DNA of 64,000 nt from Candidatus Obscuribacteraceae bacterium (GTDB taxonomy: Bacteria; Cyanobacteriota; Vampirovibrionia; Obscuribacterales; Obscuribacteraceae): assembly GCA_044229845.1 (NCBI GenBank), contig JBGASG010000001.1, positions 64,001-128,000 of the forward strand. Direction: 5' to 3'. Position 1 is the stretch's first letter, and each line of letters opens with the position of its first letter. The position numbers and the translations under genes were made by a program. A model generated the notes under the pieces. It made no database searches. It was not told where the DNA came from and saw nothing but the letters and a program-made list of their open reading frames with translations. Of this stretch, positions 30,355 to 39,583 are shown piece after piece.

Positions 30355-30618
30355 ATGTCAACAATTGAAACTGCCCAGATCGTGCCCGAGCCGTACAGGG
30401 GACGCAGTCACTTGCGTCGAAAGGAATGCGCAGCTATCTCCGGATTGTCGATTGCCTTCTTTGATAGAGCGGCATACGAGGGCTCTGGACCTCCGTATGC
30501 AAAGCTGGGAAACGCGACCCTCTATCCAGTGCGCGAGTTCTTTGGATGGTTGGAAGCCCTAACCGTACAGAGCACCTCCGAGGCGGATGCGAAGCGCACC
30601 GCTCGCGGTGCCAAGTAA
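30355..30618 (+). CDS. AlpA/excisionase-like HTH protein
   Basis: LRRKECAAISGLS...GSGPPYAKLG...Y......WL. Confidence 0.85.
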   Translation: MSTIETAQIVPEPYRGRSHLRRKECAAISGLSIAFFDRAAYEGSGPPYAKLGNATLYPVREFFGWLEALTVQSTSEADAKRTARGAK

Positions 30619-30632
30619 GGCGGAAGCAACCA

Positions 30633-32441
30633 ATGACGAAAAAGAAAAACACCGCCGGCGAGGGCGGTGCTCAATACATTCAGCACGAATGTACCTCGCA
30701 GGATACAACGGGCAGACCTGAGAGCGCAAGTGTTCCGAGCTTGCCGCCGCTGGTATTGTCCGACACTGAGAGAATTCGGGACACGCTTAGAACCATCGCC
30801 CAGAGGGTTCCTGACAAAATTGCAGATAAGACAGAACTGGGACGACTGAATAAAAAGTACCGCGTCCCGGTCAAGGATTTGCAAGAAGAGCTGAATCGGC
30901 TTCGAGCGGAAATAGCCGAGGCGCGGATTGCACCACCAGCGCCGCCAACACCGGAACAGGTAGCCGCAGCCGAGGAGCGCAGAGTCGAAGCGAAACAAAA
31001 CACGGCGCGAAAAGCCGCTGAAGAAGCCGAGATCGAAGAGGCGGCGGAAGCGCTCGCTCACTCGCAAAACCTTTTCGAGAACTGGGCGCGAGACTTTGCG
31101 CTGACGGGATACATTGCTGATGCCGTGCTTGGCGCTACCCTTCTCGTGATGCTCGTCTCGCGCCTGCGGTCTCACCCGACCGGCTTCATGTTCGTCGGCG
31201 AGTCGGGCAGTGGCAAATCAGACGCCATTCTGAGTGCTGTCAAATTCATCCCACCGGAATATGTTCTTCACCTAACGTCGGTTAGTGAGAAAGCGCTCTA
31301 TTACATGGGAGATGTGGGCGCCAAGTTATTACTCTTCGGCGAAATGCAGCCAACTCGTCCTGGGGAAGACGACTTTCGGCAATGCGCACTTAGGCAACTT
31401 ATTTCCGAAGGCAAGCTCACCAGAGGGATTGCAGAGTCGGACGGACAGTCTGTTTCGTTCGAACTGAAGGAGACGACGAACGCCGGCAGTGTTGTAGCTT
31501 CGTCAGTTCACGGACCGAGCAAGTGGGACCATCAAACTGTCACGCGTTTTTCATGGACTCATACAGATTCCACACGAAGCGCCACGGCGGCTGTACTTGC
31601 TAAGCGCGCGGCTAGAGCGGAAAGACCTTGGGAGCGCAACGAGCAACTAGATAAACGCATTCGCGTTTGGCAAGTATTCCACCAGCGGCTGACACCAAGG
31701 GCGGTGCAAATCCCTTATGCCCAAATAATCATTCCGTCCGACGAGCACGTAGCTGCCAGACGGCTGCAGGGTCTATTGCATGCCATGATTGAGTGCTCGG
31801 CGCTCGTTCACCAGTATTCTCGGGAGACCGTAAGCGGGACCGATGGTGTCGAATATCTTGTCGCAAGCATTCAAGACTATGACGTCGCCTATGAACTTCT
31901 CGGGCGCAACGCACCCAGAACTAATGAGTCCTGTGGCGATGCCGCGCTCTCTGCATATCAAGCCATTAAGCCGCATTTGCTAGGGCGCGATCCTTACGGA
32001 GAGCCCAAATATTTGCACCTGGCTCAAATCCGAAGCATCTTGAAAAAGCCGAAGGAAACGGTGCGCGGATGGGTTGATGACCTTTGCGAAGCTGGACTCT
32101 TGGAACACGACGGCAAATGGGGAAGGCAGTACAAATTCATTCTTGGTCCCGCCGAGGTCGATCCGTCTCAGAGCCTCGGGCTGGTGTCACCGGGGGCGGT
32201 CCGGGCAAAAATGACCGGTCTTTCGGTCTCAGCTGAAGAGCCGGAACCGCAGAGGCTTTCTGATATACAGCTGCACCTCGGTCTAATCGGTTCTTCGCGC
32301 TCGTCGACCGAAAGACCGGCGGCGAGTTCAGCTACCGGCACCCGGTCGAACAACCCGCCTATCAGGGATTCTGAACGACAGACCGAAAGACCGACAGAAG
32401 ACGACGACACACCTCCGCCACTCGTCGAGGAGGTGTACTGA
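30633..32441 (+). CDS. P-loop ATPase/helicase (primase partner)
   Basis: GESGSGKS, SEKALYY, LRQLISEGKL; wHTH-like C-terminal part. Confidence 0.75.
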   Translation: MTKKKNTAGEGGAQYIQHECTSQDTTGRPESASVPSLPPLVLSDTERIRDTLRTIAQRVPDKIADKTELGRLNKKYRVPVKDLQEELNRLRAEIAEARIAPPAPPTPEQVAAAEERRVEAKQNTARKAAEEAEIEEAAEALAHSQNLFENWARDFALTGYIADAVLGATLLVMLVSRLRSHPTGFMFVGESGSGKSDAILSAVKFIPPEYVLHLTSVSEKALYYMGDVGAKLLLFGEMQPTRPGEDDFRQCALRQLISEGKLTRGIAESDGQSVSFELKETTNAGSVVASSVHGPSKWDHQTVTRFSWTHTDSTRSATAAVLAKRAARAERPWERNEQLDKRIRVWQVFHQRLTPRAVQIPYAQIIIPSDEHVAARRLQGLLHAMIECSALVHQYSRETVSGTDGVEYLVASIQDYDVAYELLGRNAPRTNESCGDAALSAYQAIKPHLLGRDPYGEPKYLHLAQIRSILKKPKETVRGWVDDLCEAGLLEHDGKWGRQYKFILGPAEVDPSQSLGLVSPGAVRAKMTGLSVSAEEPEPQRLSDIQLHLGLIGSSRSSTERPAASSATGTRSNNPPIRDSERQTERPTEDDDTPPPLVEEVY

Positions 32442-33340
32442 TGGATATATCGAGAGACCTGTGTTCCCTTTTCCTGGACCGCTTCGTCAATCGCACGGAT
32501 GTCTATAACCGCCAGTGGTGCCAAGGCGAAGACTTTGGATACGCCGCCACCTACGAGCCCGTCACGCTGGATTTGATTACTCAGCACCTCCTGGGCGCTG
32601 TCACGCTGTCACTGCCCGCGCTCTCGTCGGAGTCTACTTGTAAATGGGTTGCGTGGGACTCTGACGCCGCAGATGGTGCCATCGACGCTCTGGCAGATGT
32701 CCTTCAGTCCCACGGCTGGCATGCAATTCGGGAAGCTAAACGAGAGGCGCGTGACGGTCATTTGTGGGTGCTGTTCGATAAACCGGTGCCTTCCGTCCAT
32801 GCCATTCGTTTTGGCGCCTGTTTCGAGCGCGCAGCGGGCATAGCGAAGGGTTCCATCGAGTTCTTCCCGAAACAACCGCGAGCCGCGAAAGTCGGCAGCG
32901 CATTGAGGGCACCACTTGGAATTCATCGCAAGCCAAGTGCAGGCAATTGTCGGGGCTGGTTTGAGGGTCCCGCCCTGAATGTGGTGGCGCAGCTTGAATG
33001 GCTGGCGGCTCAGCCTCTGAACTCGGCGGCGGCACTCGTCGCCTACGCCGAAGAGCTGGAGCGCAGAGAGCGAGCAACCAATCCGCCGAAGAGAATACCT
33101 CCGCCGGTGAGTGGTGGCACTCGTCGCAATATCCTCGAATTAGTGCCAGAACATCAGCGGCGCAGACTGGGGTCGGAGATTGTCGCGCAGTGCCCAGCGT
33201 GCGCCGAGTCCGGTGGCGACACTCACGCCGATAACCTCCGCATCAAGGTGGACGGCTCGACGTTTTGCTGCGTTGAGGGAGGACCCGGGCGTGTTCATAA
33301 ACAAAGAGATATTCTGCGCGCCCTGGGGGCGTGGAACTAG
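32441..33340 (+). CDS. Archaeo-eukaryotic primase (TOTE-type AEP) with C-terminal Zn finger
   Basis: R.DVY..QW, CKWVAWDSD, GHLWVLF, EFFPKQ, LRAPLG; CPAC. Confidence 0.8.
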   Translation: MDISRDLCSLFLDRFVNRTDVYNRQWCQGEDFGYAATYEPVTLDLITQHLLGAVTLSLPALSSESTCKWVAWDSDAADGAIDALADVLQSHGWHAIREAKREARDGHLWVLFDKPVPSVHAIRFGACFERAAGIAKGSIEFFPKQPRAAKVGSALRAPLGIHRKPSAGNCRGWFEGPALNVVAQLEWLAAQPLNSAAALVAYAEELERRERATNPPKRIPPPVSGGTRRNILELVPEHQRRRLGSEIVAQCPACAESGGDTHADNLRIKVDGSTFCCVEGGPGRVHKQRDILRALGAWN

Positions 33341-33434
33341 CACCGAATATGGTGCAGCCCTTTCGTGACACGGAACAGAACAGATGCAGCACATCTATAA
33401 CTCAAATCAATAATTGCTAGAAAGGCAATTGTAA

Positions 33435-33782
33435 ATGCCAAACATCAAAACAATGTACATTAATCTAACCGATGACCTGAACGCGCCAGCGCAAGGAGTG
33501 GTGCTTCTGGGCGACGACCTGAGCACCAAGTTCCGGATCACCAGACCAGCCCCGGGGATGCCCGCTTCTGTCGAATTCAGAGAAGCGATTTTTGATTCAC
33601 CTGACACCGAGGAGCGAGCCGTAGCTGTCATCATGGCTGACTATGGATACCTAAAGCGGAAGTTTGTTCGACTTTTCCGAAATGACCTGATCGCAAGCCC
33701 TGACCAGTTTGGGATGTGCGTCCCGCGACTCTTGGTGCAAGGAAGAACCAAACCGAGTTCAGAGCCGGAGGACAACTTCTAA
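33435..33782 (+). CDS. Hypothetical protein
   Basis: ORF with AAAGG upstream; ends before a terminator. Confidence 0.6.
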   Translation: MPNIKTMYINLTDDLNAPAQGVVLLGDDLSTKFRITRPAPGMPASVEFREAIFDSPDTEERAVAVIMADYGYLKRKFVRLFRNDLIASPDQFGMCVPRLLVQGRTKPSSEPEDNF

Positions 33783-33808
33783 GATCTGTTTAGAGGTGTG
33801 AATAAGTC

Positions 33809-33841
33809 AATGCTGCCACTACTCCCGGTGGCAGCATTTTG
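33809..33841 (+). terminator. Intrinsic terminator between convergent genes
   Basis: AATGCTGCCAC/GTGGCAGCATT 11-bp stem followed by T's. Confidence 0.8.
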
Positions 33842-33844
33842 TCT

Positions 33845-34834
33845 TTAGCCCCACTCCAGCGGTTCGCGCAGCGCCTCTTCGATATCTTTGTCGCACCCGC
33901 ATTTGCACTCAATTAGTAACTTGCAGCCCAAATTAAGGCGACTGAGCTTATCGGGACTTTCATCGATCATCATGAATTCGGAGCCGTTCATCGTTAGCTT
34001 TGCACCGATAATCCATTCTTTATTCGGACCGAAGAATCCGCAACGATCATGGTACGAAAATCGGTGTTTACCGTAGAGGGCATCGACTTGGATAAATGCA
34101 ACCCTGTTGGAGCCAAGTCGATTCATATGCAGGATGCGCGTACCTCTCCACTCAACAATAAGTTCCGACTTGGGCGTAAGAATGTCGAATCCATCGGATG
34201 GCACCACTATTAATTCATTTCGCCTTATCAGTGCAAATAGTCCACTTTCGTTGAAAAATGCCGCGTTCAGTGATAGGACTGATGAGGTAGATGGTTCTGT
34301 GTCGGCATCGAACCAGAGTACTGGAATTGCATTGATTTGAACCGTGGCTCCCTCAGTGAACTCACCCCGGTTGCCCTCCCGCCCTAGCAATAGCCGGGTG
34401 GGAAAACCTGGAAGGAAAAACTCATCCTCGCGAACGAATCCCTGCTGCTTAGCCCTCGGATTAGCGCGCGCGGCTGCTACCTGAGTATCGTCGATGGCGC
34501 CGCGAGTCTTCATATTGTGGTGCCTAACGCAAATCATCGCTATGCCCTCAGCGGCATGGTCGAATTTGAGATTCGCGAAAGTGGGTTTGAAATGATCGTA
34601 TTCGCAAATGGCGGCGCCGCAAAAGACGCAACCGAAACCACACTCCTCCCGAACCTGCTGTTTAACACTGACCGGCAGATGGCGGCTGACCCCGTAGCGG
34701 TTGTAGTCCTTGAATTGCTTGCGCGGCTCGCCGGTCTCGTCAGTGAGCACCTTGTCGCATGCGCGGCATTGTGTCGCCTTCGTCGGAATAGACTCTGCGC
34801 AGTGCGTGCATGGTTCTGTTTCTTGCCTACCCAA
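33845..34834 (-). CDS. HNH endonuclease with N-terminal zinc ribbon
   Basis: CTHC..CRAC; VREECGFGCVFCG, EYDHF, ICVRHH. Confidence 0.8.
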   Translation of the reverse strand: MGRQETEPCTHCAESIPTKATQCRACDKVLTDETGEPRKQFKDYNRYGVSRHLPVSVKQQVREECGFGCVFCGAAICEYDHFKPTFANLKFDHAAEGIAMICVRHHNMKTRGAIDDTQVAAARANPRAKQQGFVREDEFFLPGFPTRLLLGREGNRGEFTEGATVQINAIPVLWFDADTEPSTSSVLSLNAAFFNESGLFALIRRNELIVVPSDGFDILTPKSELIVEWRGTRILHMNRLGSNRVAFIQVDALYGKHRFSYHDRCGFFGPNKEWIIGAKLTMNGSEFMMIDESPDKLSRLNLGCKLLIECKCGCDKDIEEALREPLEWG

Positions 34835-34980
34835 GGTTCCCGGCTCCGATTAGGGAATCCGGGATTATATAGCTTTGGCGCACGAATGTATATATCGACT
34901 TGGGCGAAAATGTCATCGGTGTGAATAAGCGCTATCGGGGGCTCCCGGATGTGAAAAGGGAGGGGTACCCGGGTAGGTCT

Positions 34981-35328
34981 TTATGTGGTACCGGATATGG
35001 TGCGCATCCAGGAGCGGTGCATTTGCCAGCTCGACGCTGCGAGCCTCACCTCACTGTACAATGCCACACCGGCATTGTCGGTCCAAGGGCAGTGATCATC
35101 GAGCAGTTCGGACGCATCGCCCGCGTAGATGTCCACACTATCCATCAGCACGTAGTGAAGCGCTGCTCCGTCCTCGTCCAGCAGTAAGACTCGCTTGCCC
35201 TCTGCCGCCTGGTCGAAGATGAGCGCGCCCGTCTCTCTGACGCAGCACCTAATAGCGGCGACTTCGGCAGCCGTGAGCGCCGCGTCCCCTTCAATGAGTT
35301 CGAGGAGCGCGAGGTCGTTACTTAACAC
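34981..35328 (-). CDS. Hypothetical protein
   Basis: Overlaps the integrase-2 stop; plausible composition. Confidence 0.5.
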   Translation of the reverse strand: MLSNDLALLELIEGDAALTAAEVAAIRCCVRETGALIFDQAAEGKRVLLLDEDGAALHYVLMDSVDIYAGDASELLDDHCPWTDNAGVALYSEVRLAASSWQMHRSWMRTISGTT

Positions 35329-36577
35329 GTCGAAGGTTCCTGCGCCCGTCGGTCGCGGTAATAGAGGGCGGCGTCGCCGGTCCGGGAATCGGCTGCTCGG
35401 GCTGTCCCTTTAGATATTGCTGCGCTTTCTCCATCGCGTCTCTCAGTGGATCGACAGCCAGGTGCGTGTACCTTTCAGTCATTCGGGAGGAGCTGTGCCC
35501 TAGGGCGCGTTGAATCATGAACGCTGACGCCCCGCTCATGCCCAGCGTCGAGCCGACAGTGTGCCGCAAGTCATGGAGCACCATGTCTGACAATCCGGCT
35601 TCTTTCCGGACTATTCTCCAGGTTGCCTCAACGGCGGCGATGTGCCCCGTCTTCGTTGGCTGTCTGGTCCTCTCTGGAAACACCCACGGCGTAAAGACTT
35701 GGAGCTGTGAACGGCGATTGAGCACGTTCAGCGCCGCCTCCGTCAGCGGTACCACTAACGGCTTGCGTTGCTTCGTGGTGCGAGCAGGCACTGACAGACA
35801 ACGATTAGCAAAATCAACATGCTCCCATCGCATCGCCAAAACGTTCGACTTCCGCAGCCCAGTAAATAAAAGTAGTTCGATTGCATCACTTGAATCGCAA
35901 GGGTGGTTCCTGAGCGCCCTCATGAGGCGGTCGAATTCGTCGCCGGGCTTAACGTATCGCTCCCGCCCGTATTCAGCAAAGCGTTTAACACCAAGCGTCG
36001 GGTCTCTCAAGAGTTTGATTACATCGTGAATGAGACACCAATTAAGGCACGCCTTAAAGAAGGTAAATTGCTTGTTCGCAGTCGCCGCACCGAACTCCTC
36101 GGCGGTTTCGTTCACCCAGGTTTGAACATCGATTGATTGAATCTGAGCCACTGGCACATCGTGGAAGCGTGCGCAATAACGCTGAAAGCCCATCTCTGCA
36201 TCCGCCACGGTCCGCGGCGCGGTGTGCTGCCGCAGGTGACCATCCATGTAACTCTCAAACGCCTGACGGTACGTGCGAGTTTCCTTCCGCAGCCTTTGTC
36301 GCATCACTCCCGGCTGAATGTCGAATTCTAGGGCACCGTCGATTTCCTCAGCCTTATCGCGTGCATCATGCACCGGCATTCGAGGCCATGTTCCTAGCTT
36401 TAGCTTGTTGAGACGCATTTTGATGCGTCGGACGTAGTACCAATCCCTTCGACCATCGGGATAGATTCGCAAGCCTAAATGGGGCCGCCGGGCATCCCAG
36501 ATGAAGTATTCAGACTCTTTCGACTGAAGATTTACGATGAGCGCGTCTGTCAAATCGGGCTTGTTTGCGATTGTCAT
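35318..36577 (-). CDS. Second tyrosine integrase with arm-binding domain
   Basis: LGLRI, TGLRK, HDLRHT, LGHSS, TERY; GAGG SD before ATG 36577. Confidence 0.93.
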   Translation of the reverse strand: MTIANKPDLTDALIVNLQSKESEYFIWDARRPHLGLRIYPDGRRDWYYVRRIKMRLNKLKLGTWPRMPVHDARDKAEEIDGALEFDIQPGVMRQRLRKETRTYRQAFESYMDGHLRQHTAPRTVADAEMGFQRYCARFHDVPVAQIQSIDVQTWVNETAEEFGAATANKQFTFFKACLNWCLIHDVIKLLRDPTLGVKRFAEYGRERYVKPGDEFDRLMRALRNHPCDSSDAIELLLFTGLRKSNVLAMRWEHVDFANRCLSVPARTTKQRKPLVVPLTEAALNVLNRRSQLQVFTPWVFPERTRQPTKTGHIAAVEATWRIVRKEAGLSDMVLHDLRHTVGSTLGMSGASAFMIQRALGHSSSRMTERYTHLAVDPLRDAMEKAQQYLKGQPEQPIPGPATPPSITATDGRRNLRRVK

Positions 36578-36611
36578 TTTTGCTGTTACCTCAGTGGTTA
36601 CCTGGCTGACG

Positions 36612-36831
36612 CAGGACCGAGCCCGCAATCGATCCGCCGGCGCACCATTCGCGGTGCCGTCATACTCCTCCTTTAGGAGGCGGTCCTGTCCATTAAACAC
36701 CCCTATCAGACCCTGTGCAGGGTCGACTAAACCCGCTTGCCGTGCGGCTCCCAGGAGATGCTCACTATTTGGACGCGCACTAAATAAGACACCGGGGTAC
36801 GGAACGGCAAAACCGGCGGGAACCATCCCGC
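36612..36831 (-). other. Hairpin-rich non-coding leader of integrase 2 (possible structured RNA)
   Basis: At least five inverted repeats in ~220 bp. Confidence 0.4.
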
Positions 36832-36942
36832 AACATCGTGCGAGATCGGCGCCCAATAGTTAGCAAATGCCGGGAGCAAAGGTCAGCTTAACGATTCGTT
36901 GCGTTCGAACCATCAATCGTTTCAGTGTCTTCTGGGCTTTGT

Positions 36943-37281
36943 TCAGCCTTCTTTCTCGCGCGCTCTGTCCGTATCGCGTTTTTGCTTGCGCTTTTGTTTT
37001 TCAAGCTGGGCTTCTTCTCGTTCCGCTTCAAGCCCCAGATTTTTCTGCCATTCCATGACGGGTTGTAGGGCGAGAATCCAGATGACTAGACCCGGAAAAA
37101 CGCCGATGAAGACGCCAAGATCGCGGTGCCTTTCTAGCGCAGGAAAAAGTCCAAAAAGCATTCTAATAGACCCGTCTGTGCAAAAGAGGTAAGCACATAG
37201 CATAAAGAGCCACACCGCGGCAACTTTCGCCAGGTGGAGTAACGCGGCGAAGCTGTCGTAAAACCGTCGAGAGTCTTTCAT
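36943..37281 (-). CDS. Small two-TM membrane protein with charged tail
   Basis: ATG 1 nt after the upstream stop; two hydrophobic segments. Confidence 0.6.
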   Translation of the reverse strand: MKDSRRFYDSFAALLHLAKVAAVWLFMLCAYLFCTDGSIRMLFGLFPALERHRDLGVFIGVFPGLVIWILALQPVMEWQKNLGLEAEREEAQLEKQKRKQKRDTDRAREKEG

Positions 37282-37282
37282 T

Positions 37283-37732
37283 TCAAGTTTGGGTTGATTC
37301 AGACCAAGTGCGCGTTCTGCCGGAATTCGACAATTCAATGGAACTGGAATTTCCAACGCAACCCATGCTGATTAGTGCATTGCCGTCAGCATCAGCGAAA
37401 CCCAGTGAACCTAGACCATCCGCTCCTACGCCCACCATGAACCTAGGGTTGCCGTGAACATCGTACATGCGGATAAGCGCATGCGCTTGGTCATCAATTT
37501 CAATCGTCACTCGGGGCGAGCCGTGCTCGTGGAGTAATGCAATCATTGGAATGTCGCGTCCCACCCCAGACAGCCCAACAAATGCACGAGGCTCTCCTTT
37601 TCTGTCATGGAGTGTCAAGTTCACGTGATTGTCTTCGTCTACTCCAAGGTATGCCCGGATTTGTCCGTTCAGGTCTCTCACATGGAAGGATTCGGCTTCT
37701 ACCACCTTCGCCTTCAAAACTTCATCGCTCAT
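37283..37732 (-). CDS. Hypothetical beta-repeat protein
   Basis: GGAGG SD; repeated 'h.D..G.PR' units. Confidence 0.7.
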   Translation of the reverse strand: MSDEVLKAKVVEAESFHVRDLNGQIRAYLGVDEDNHVNLTLHDRKGEPRAFVGLSGVGRDIPMIALLHEHGSPRVTIEIDDQAHALIRMYDVHGNPRFMVGVGADGLGSLGFADADGNALISMGCVGNSSSIELSNSGRTRTWSESTQT

Positions 37733-37747
37733 TGTAATTGCCCTCCA

Positions 37748-38422
37748 TCAACACCGATAATCTTCTTCAATTCCTAATGCCACCGCCTGCGACACCGCGA
37801 CAACGGCGCTACAGACTTCGTTAATTTTGTCTCCGAACGCCTTAAGCTCATCGCGAGTCATCGTCGGCTTTTTGAGGTGCAAGACTTCTCTGGTGAAAAC
37901 GTTTTCAAATATTTCATCTGCGAAGGCGAACCGATCAGGATACGGACCGCCATAGTTCCTGACTATTTTGCCTACCGAGGAACCGTGTGCCTGGACATCA
38001 ACAATCGCTTTTTCGAGCCAATCATGGAGAACCTTGTGCTTGTGATCGAAGTAATGGAATGTACCCCGATTGCGAATTCGGTTGAAGATTTCGAACATCT
38101 CTTTGCGTGGACCGCTTGGGGTCACCTCTCGCAATAGTTCGAGTGCTGGAGTCGCACGTCTTTCTATCAGCGCTTTTACTTGGTATCCTTTGTCGGTTAG
38201 TTCAACCAAGGGGAGTGCTTCCATGGCATGAGAGCACATCAAACGCATGATGTACGAGCGAGTGCCTTCACGGAACTCTGAGAACTTCGGGTTGTCGTAC
38301 TTTTCGTCGAGTGCTATATGCATAATGAATGCAGACATCAAATCGTGCCCTACCATTACCCAGGCAATTGCCAGCCCGGACTCGGGCATTTGCTCCAGCC
38401 GCGAATACTTGATGAAGTGCAT
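37748..38422 (-). CDS. Helical protein with HEPN-like R-N-x4-H motif
   Basis: IRNRGTFHY in a helical context; start uncertain. Confidence 0.55.
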   Translation of the reverse strand: MHFIKYSRLEQMPESGLAIAWVMVGHDLMSAFIMHIALDEKYDNPKFSEFREGTRSYIMRLMCSHAMEALPLVELTDKGYQVKALIERRATPALELLREVTPSGPRKEMFEIFNRIRNRGTFHYFDHKHKVLHDWLEKAIVDVQAHGSSVGKIVRNYGGPYPDRFAFADEIFENVFTREVLHLKKPTMTRDELKAFGDKINEVCSAVVAVSQAVALGIEEDYRC

Positions 38423-38453
38423 GATCGTTTGAATCAAAATTGAATCTCTCGTC

Positions 38454-39500
38454 CTAATGAACTGATACTGGCGCGAGTGGACCGTAGCCACGGATCTTGT
38501 GTCCCCGCTTAGTGAGTTCGCGGGCAACAATCTCAAGCAATTCTTTGAGGTTCTGAGCAGGTTCCACCGTGGCAAGTCCAGGTGCCTCAGTCTTGGTATA
38601 GACTGTCATCACCCTTGATACGGCAATGCCTCCAACCGCGTCCGTGACAGGGATTGAAAATTCGATAGGGATAGACAGCGGGGGGAATCCCTTTACCACG
38701 CCTAATACGCGCGTCCCGACATTTCTGCTGTCTGGTGAGGTCGCTCCAGGACGCACGCGTATTTGTTCGGGTGCGATAAAGACCGGCGAACCGCTAGCAC
38801 CATGGGTAATGCCTAGCTCGCACATATAGGCTTGCTGTGGAATCGGCATAGCATCACTCGTAAGCCAATACTCGTCAGATAGCATCGCCACTTTTCCACT
38901 TCTAATTAGCGGCAGATTCTTTTGAAATCCCGCATAGCCGAGAAAGTATCCTGCGGTGAAAACCTCTGAGCCTTCTGTTACGCCGACGAGTTTGATTCGT
39001 TCAATGTCTAACAGACAATCATGCCCAATGCTAGCGGGATTGGTGTCCGTGGGTGCTTTCACTTGTAGCGCCACAAGGTCAACATCAGCACGGTCGGGCT
39101 GGAAAAAATTCTGGTCGGGCGGGGAAGACTTTAGCGGAAACGGCTGACAAACAGCATTCCCATTGACTCCGTTTAGTCTCAAGACCACTTCGTCATGCCC
39201 AGCAACGACATGCCTGTTCGTAATCAGAAGCAACTGCGTCCTAGGCGTGGATGGGTCGTCTTCGAGAGTTAAATGCATGAAAAAGCCGGTGCCGAGCGTG
39301 TCCTTTGCGTTCGTGCAAGGCTCAGAGCCTTTCCTGTAGATGAAAACAATGCTCTCTTTTGCTTTGGTATACGGGCTGACGTACTTTTCTGGGGATACCT
39401 CCGCCTCGGACAAAGGCGCATCGCTGTGTGCCAAACAGGGATGAAGAGCAACGACTAATCCAGTCACTAATCCAGTCAACGCGTGAACAATCCGGCGCAA
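38454..39500 (-). CDS. Trypsin-like serine protease, probable signal peptide
   Basis: GTGF, TNRHV, DLVAL, GASGSPVF; TTG 39500 with GGAGG SD (longer start at 39587 possible). Confidence 0.85.
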   Translation of the reverse strand: MRRIVHALTGLVTGLVVALHPCLAHSDAPLSEAEVSPEKYVSPYTKAKESIVFIYRKGSEPCTNAKDTLGTGFFMHLTLEDDPSTPRTQLLLITNRHVVAGHDEVVLRLNGVNGNAVCQPFPLKSSPPDQNFFQPDRADVDLVALQVKAPTDTNPASIGHDCLLDIERIKLVGVTEGSEVFTAGYFLGYAGFQKNLPLIRSGKVAMLSDEYWLTSDAMPIPQQAYMCELGITHGASGSPVFIAPEQIRVRPGATSPDSRNVGTRVLGVVKGFPPLSIPIEFSIPVTDAVGGIAVSRVMTVYTKTEAPGLATVEPAQNLKELLEIVARELTKRGHKIRGYGPLAPVSVH

Positions 39501-39583
39501 AGAACTTTCCTCCAGAGTGAGATAGGGAGATAGCCCGACTACAATGACCTCGTTCGCGGTGTCCGATTCGACGCAAGTTCGTA

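Noticed and set aside
36660..36730. Hammerhead or HDV-like ribozyme
   Set aside because: CTGATAG does not fit CUGANGA, there is no GAAA, and no HDV P1 partner was found
36578..36856. 93-aa N-terminal extension of integrase 2
   Set aside because: The arm-binding domain begins at ATG 36577, which has an SD; the extension has no recognisable features
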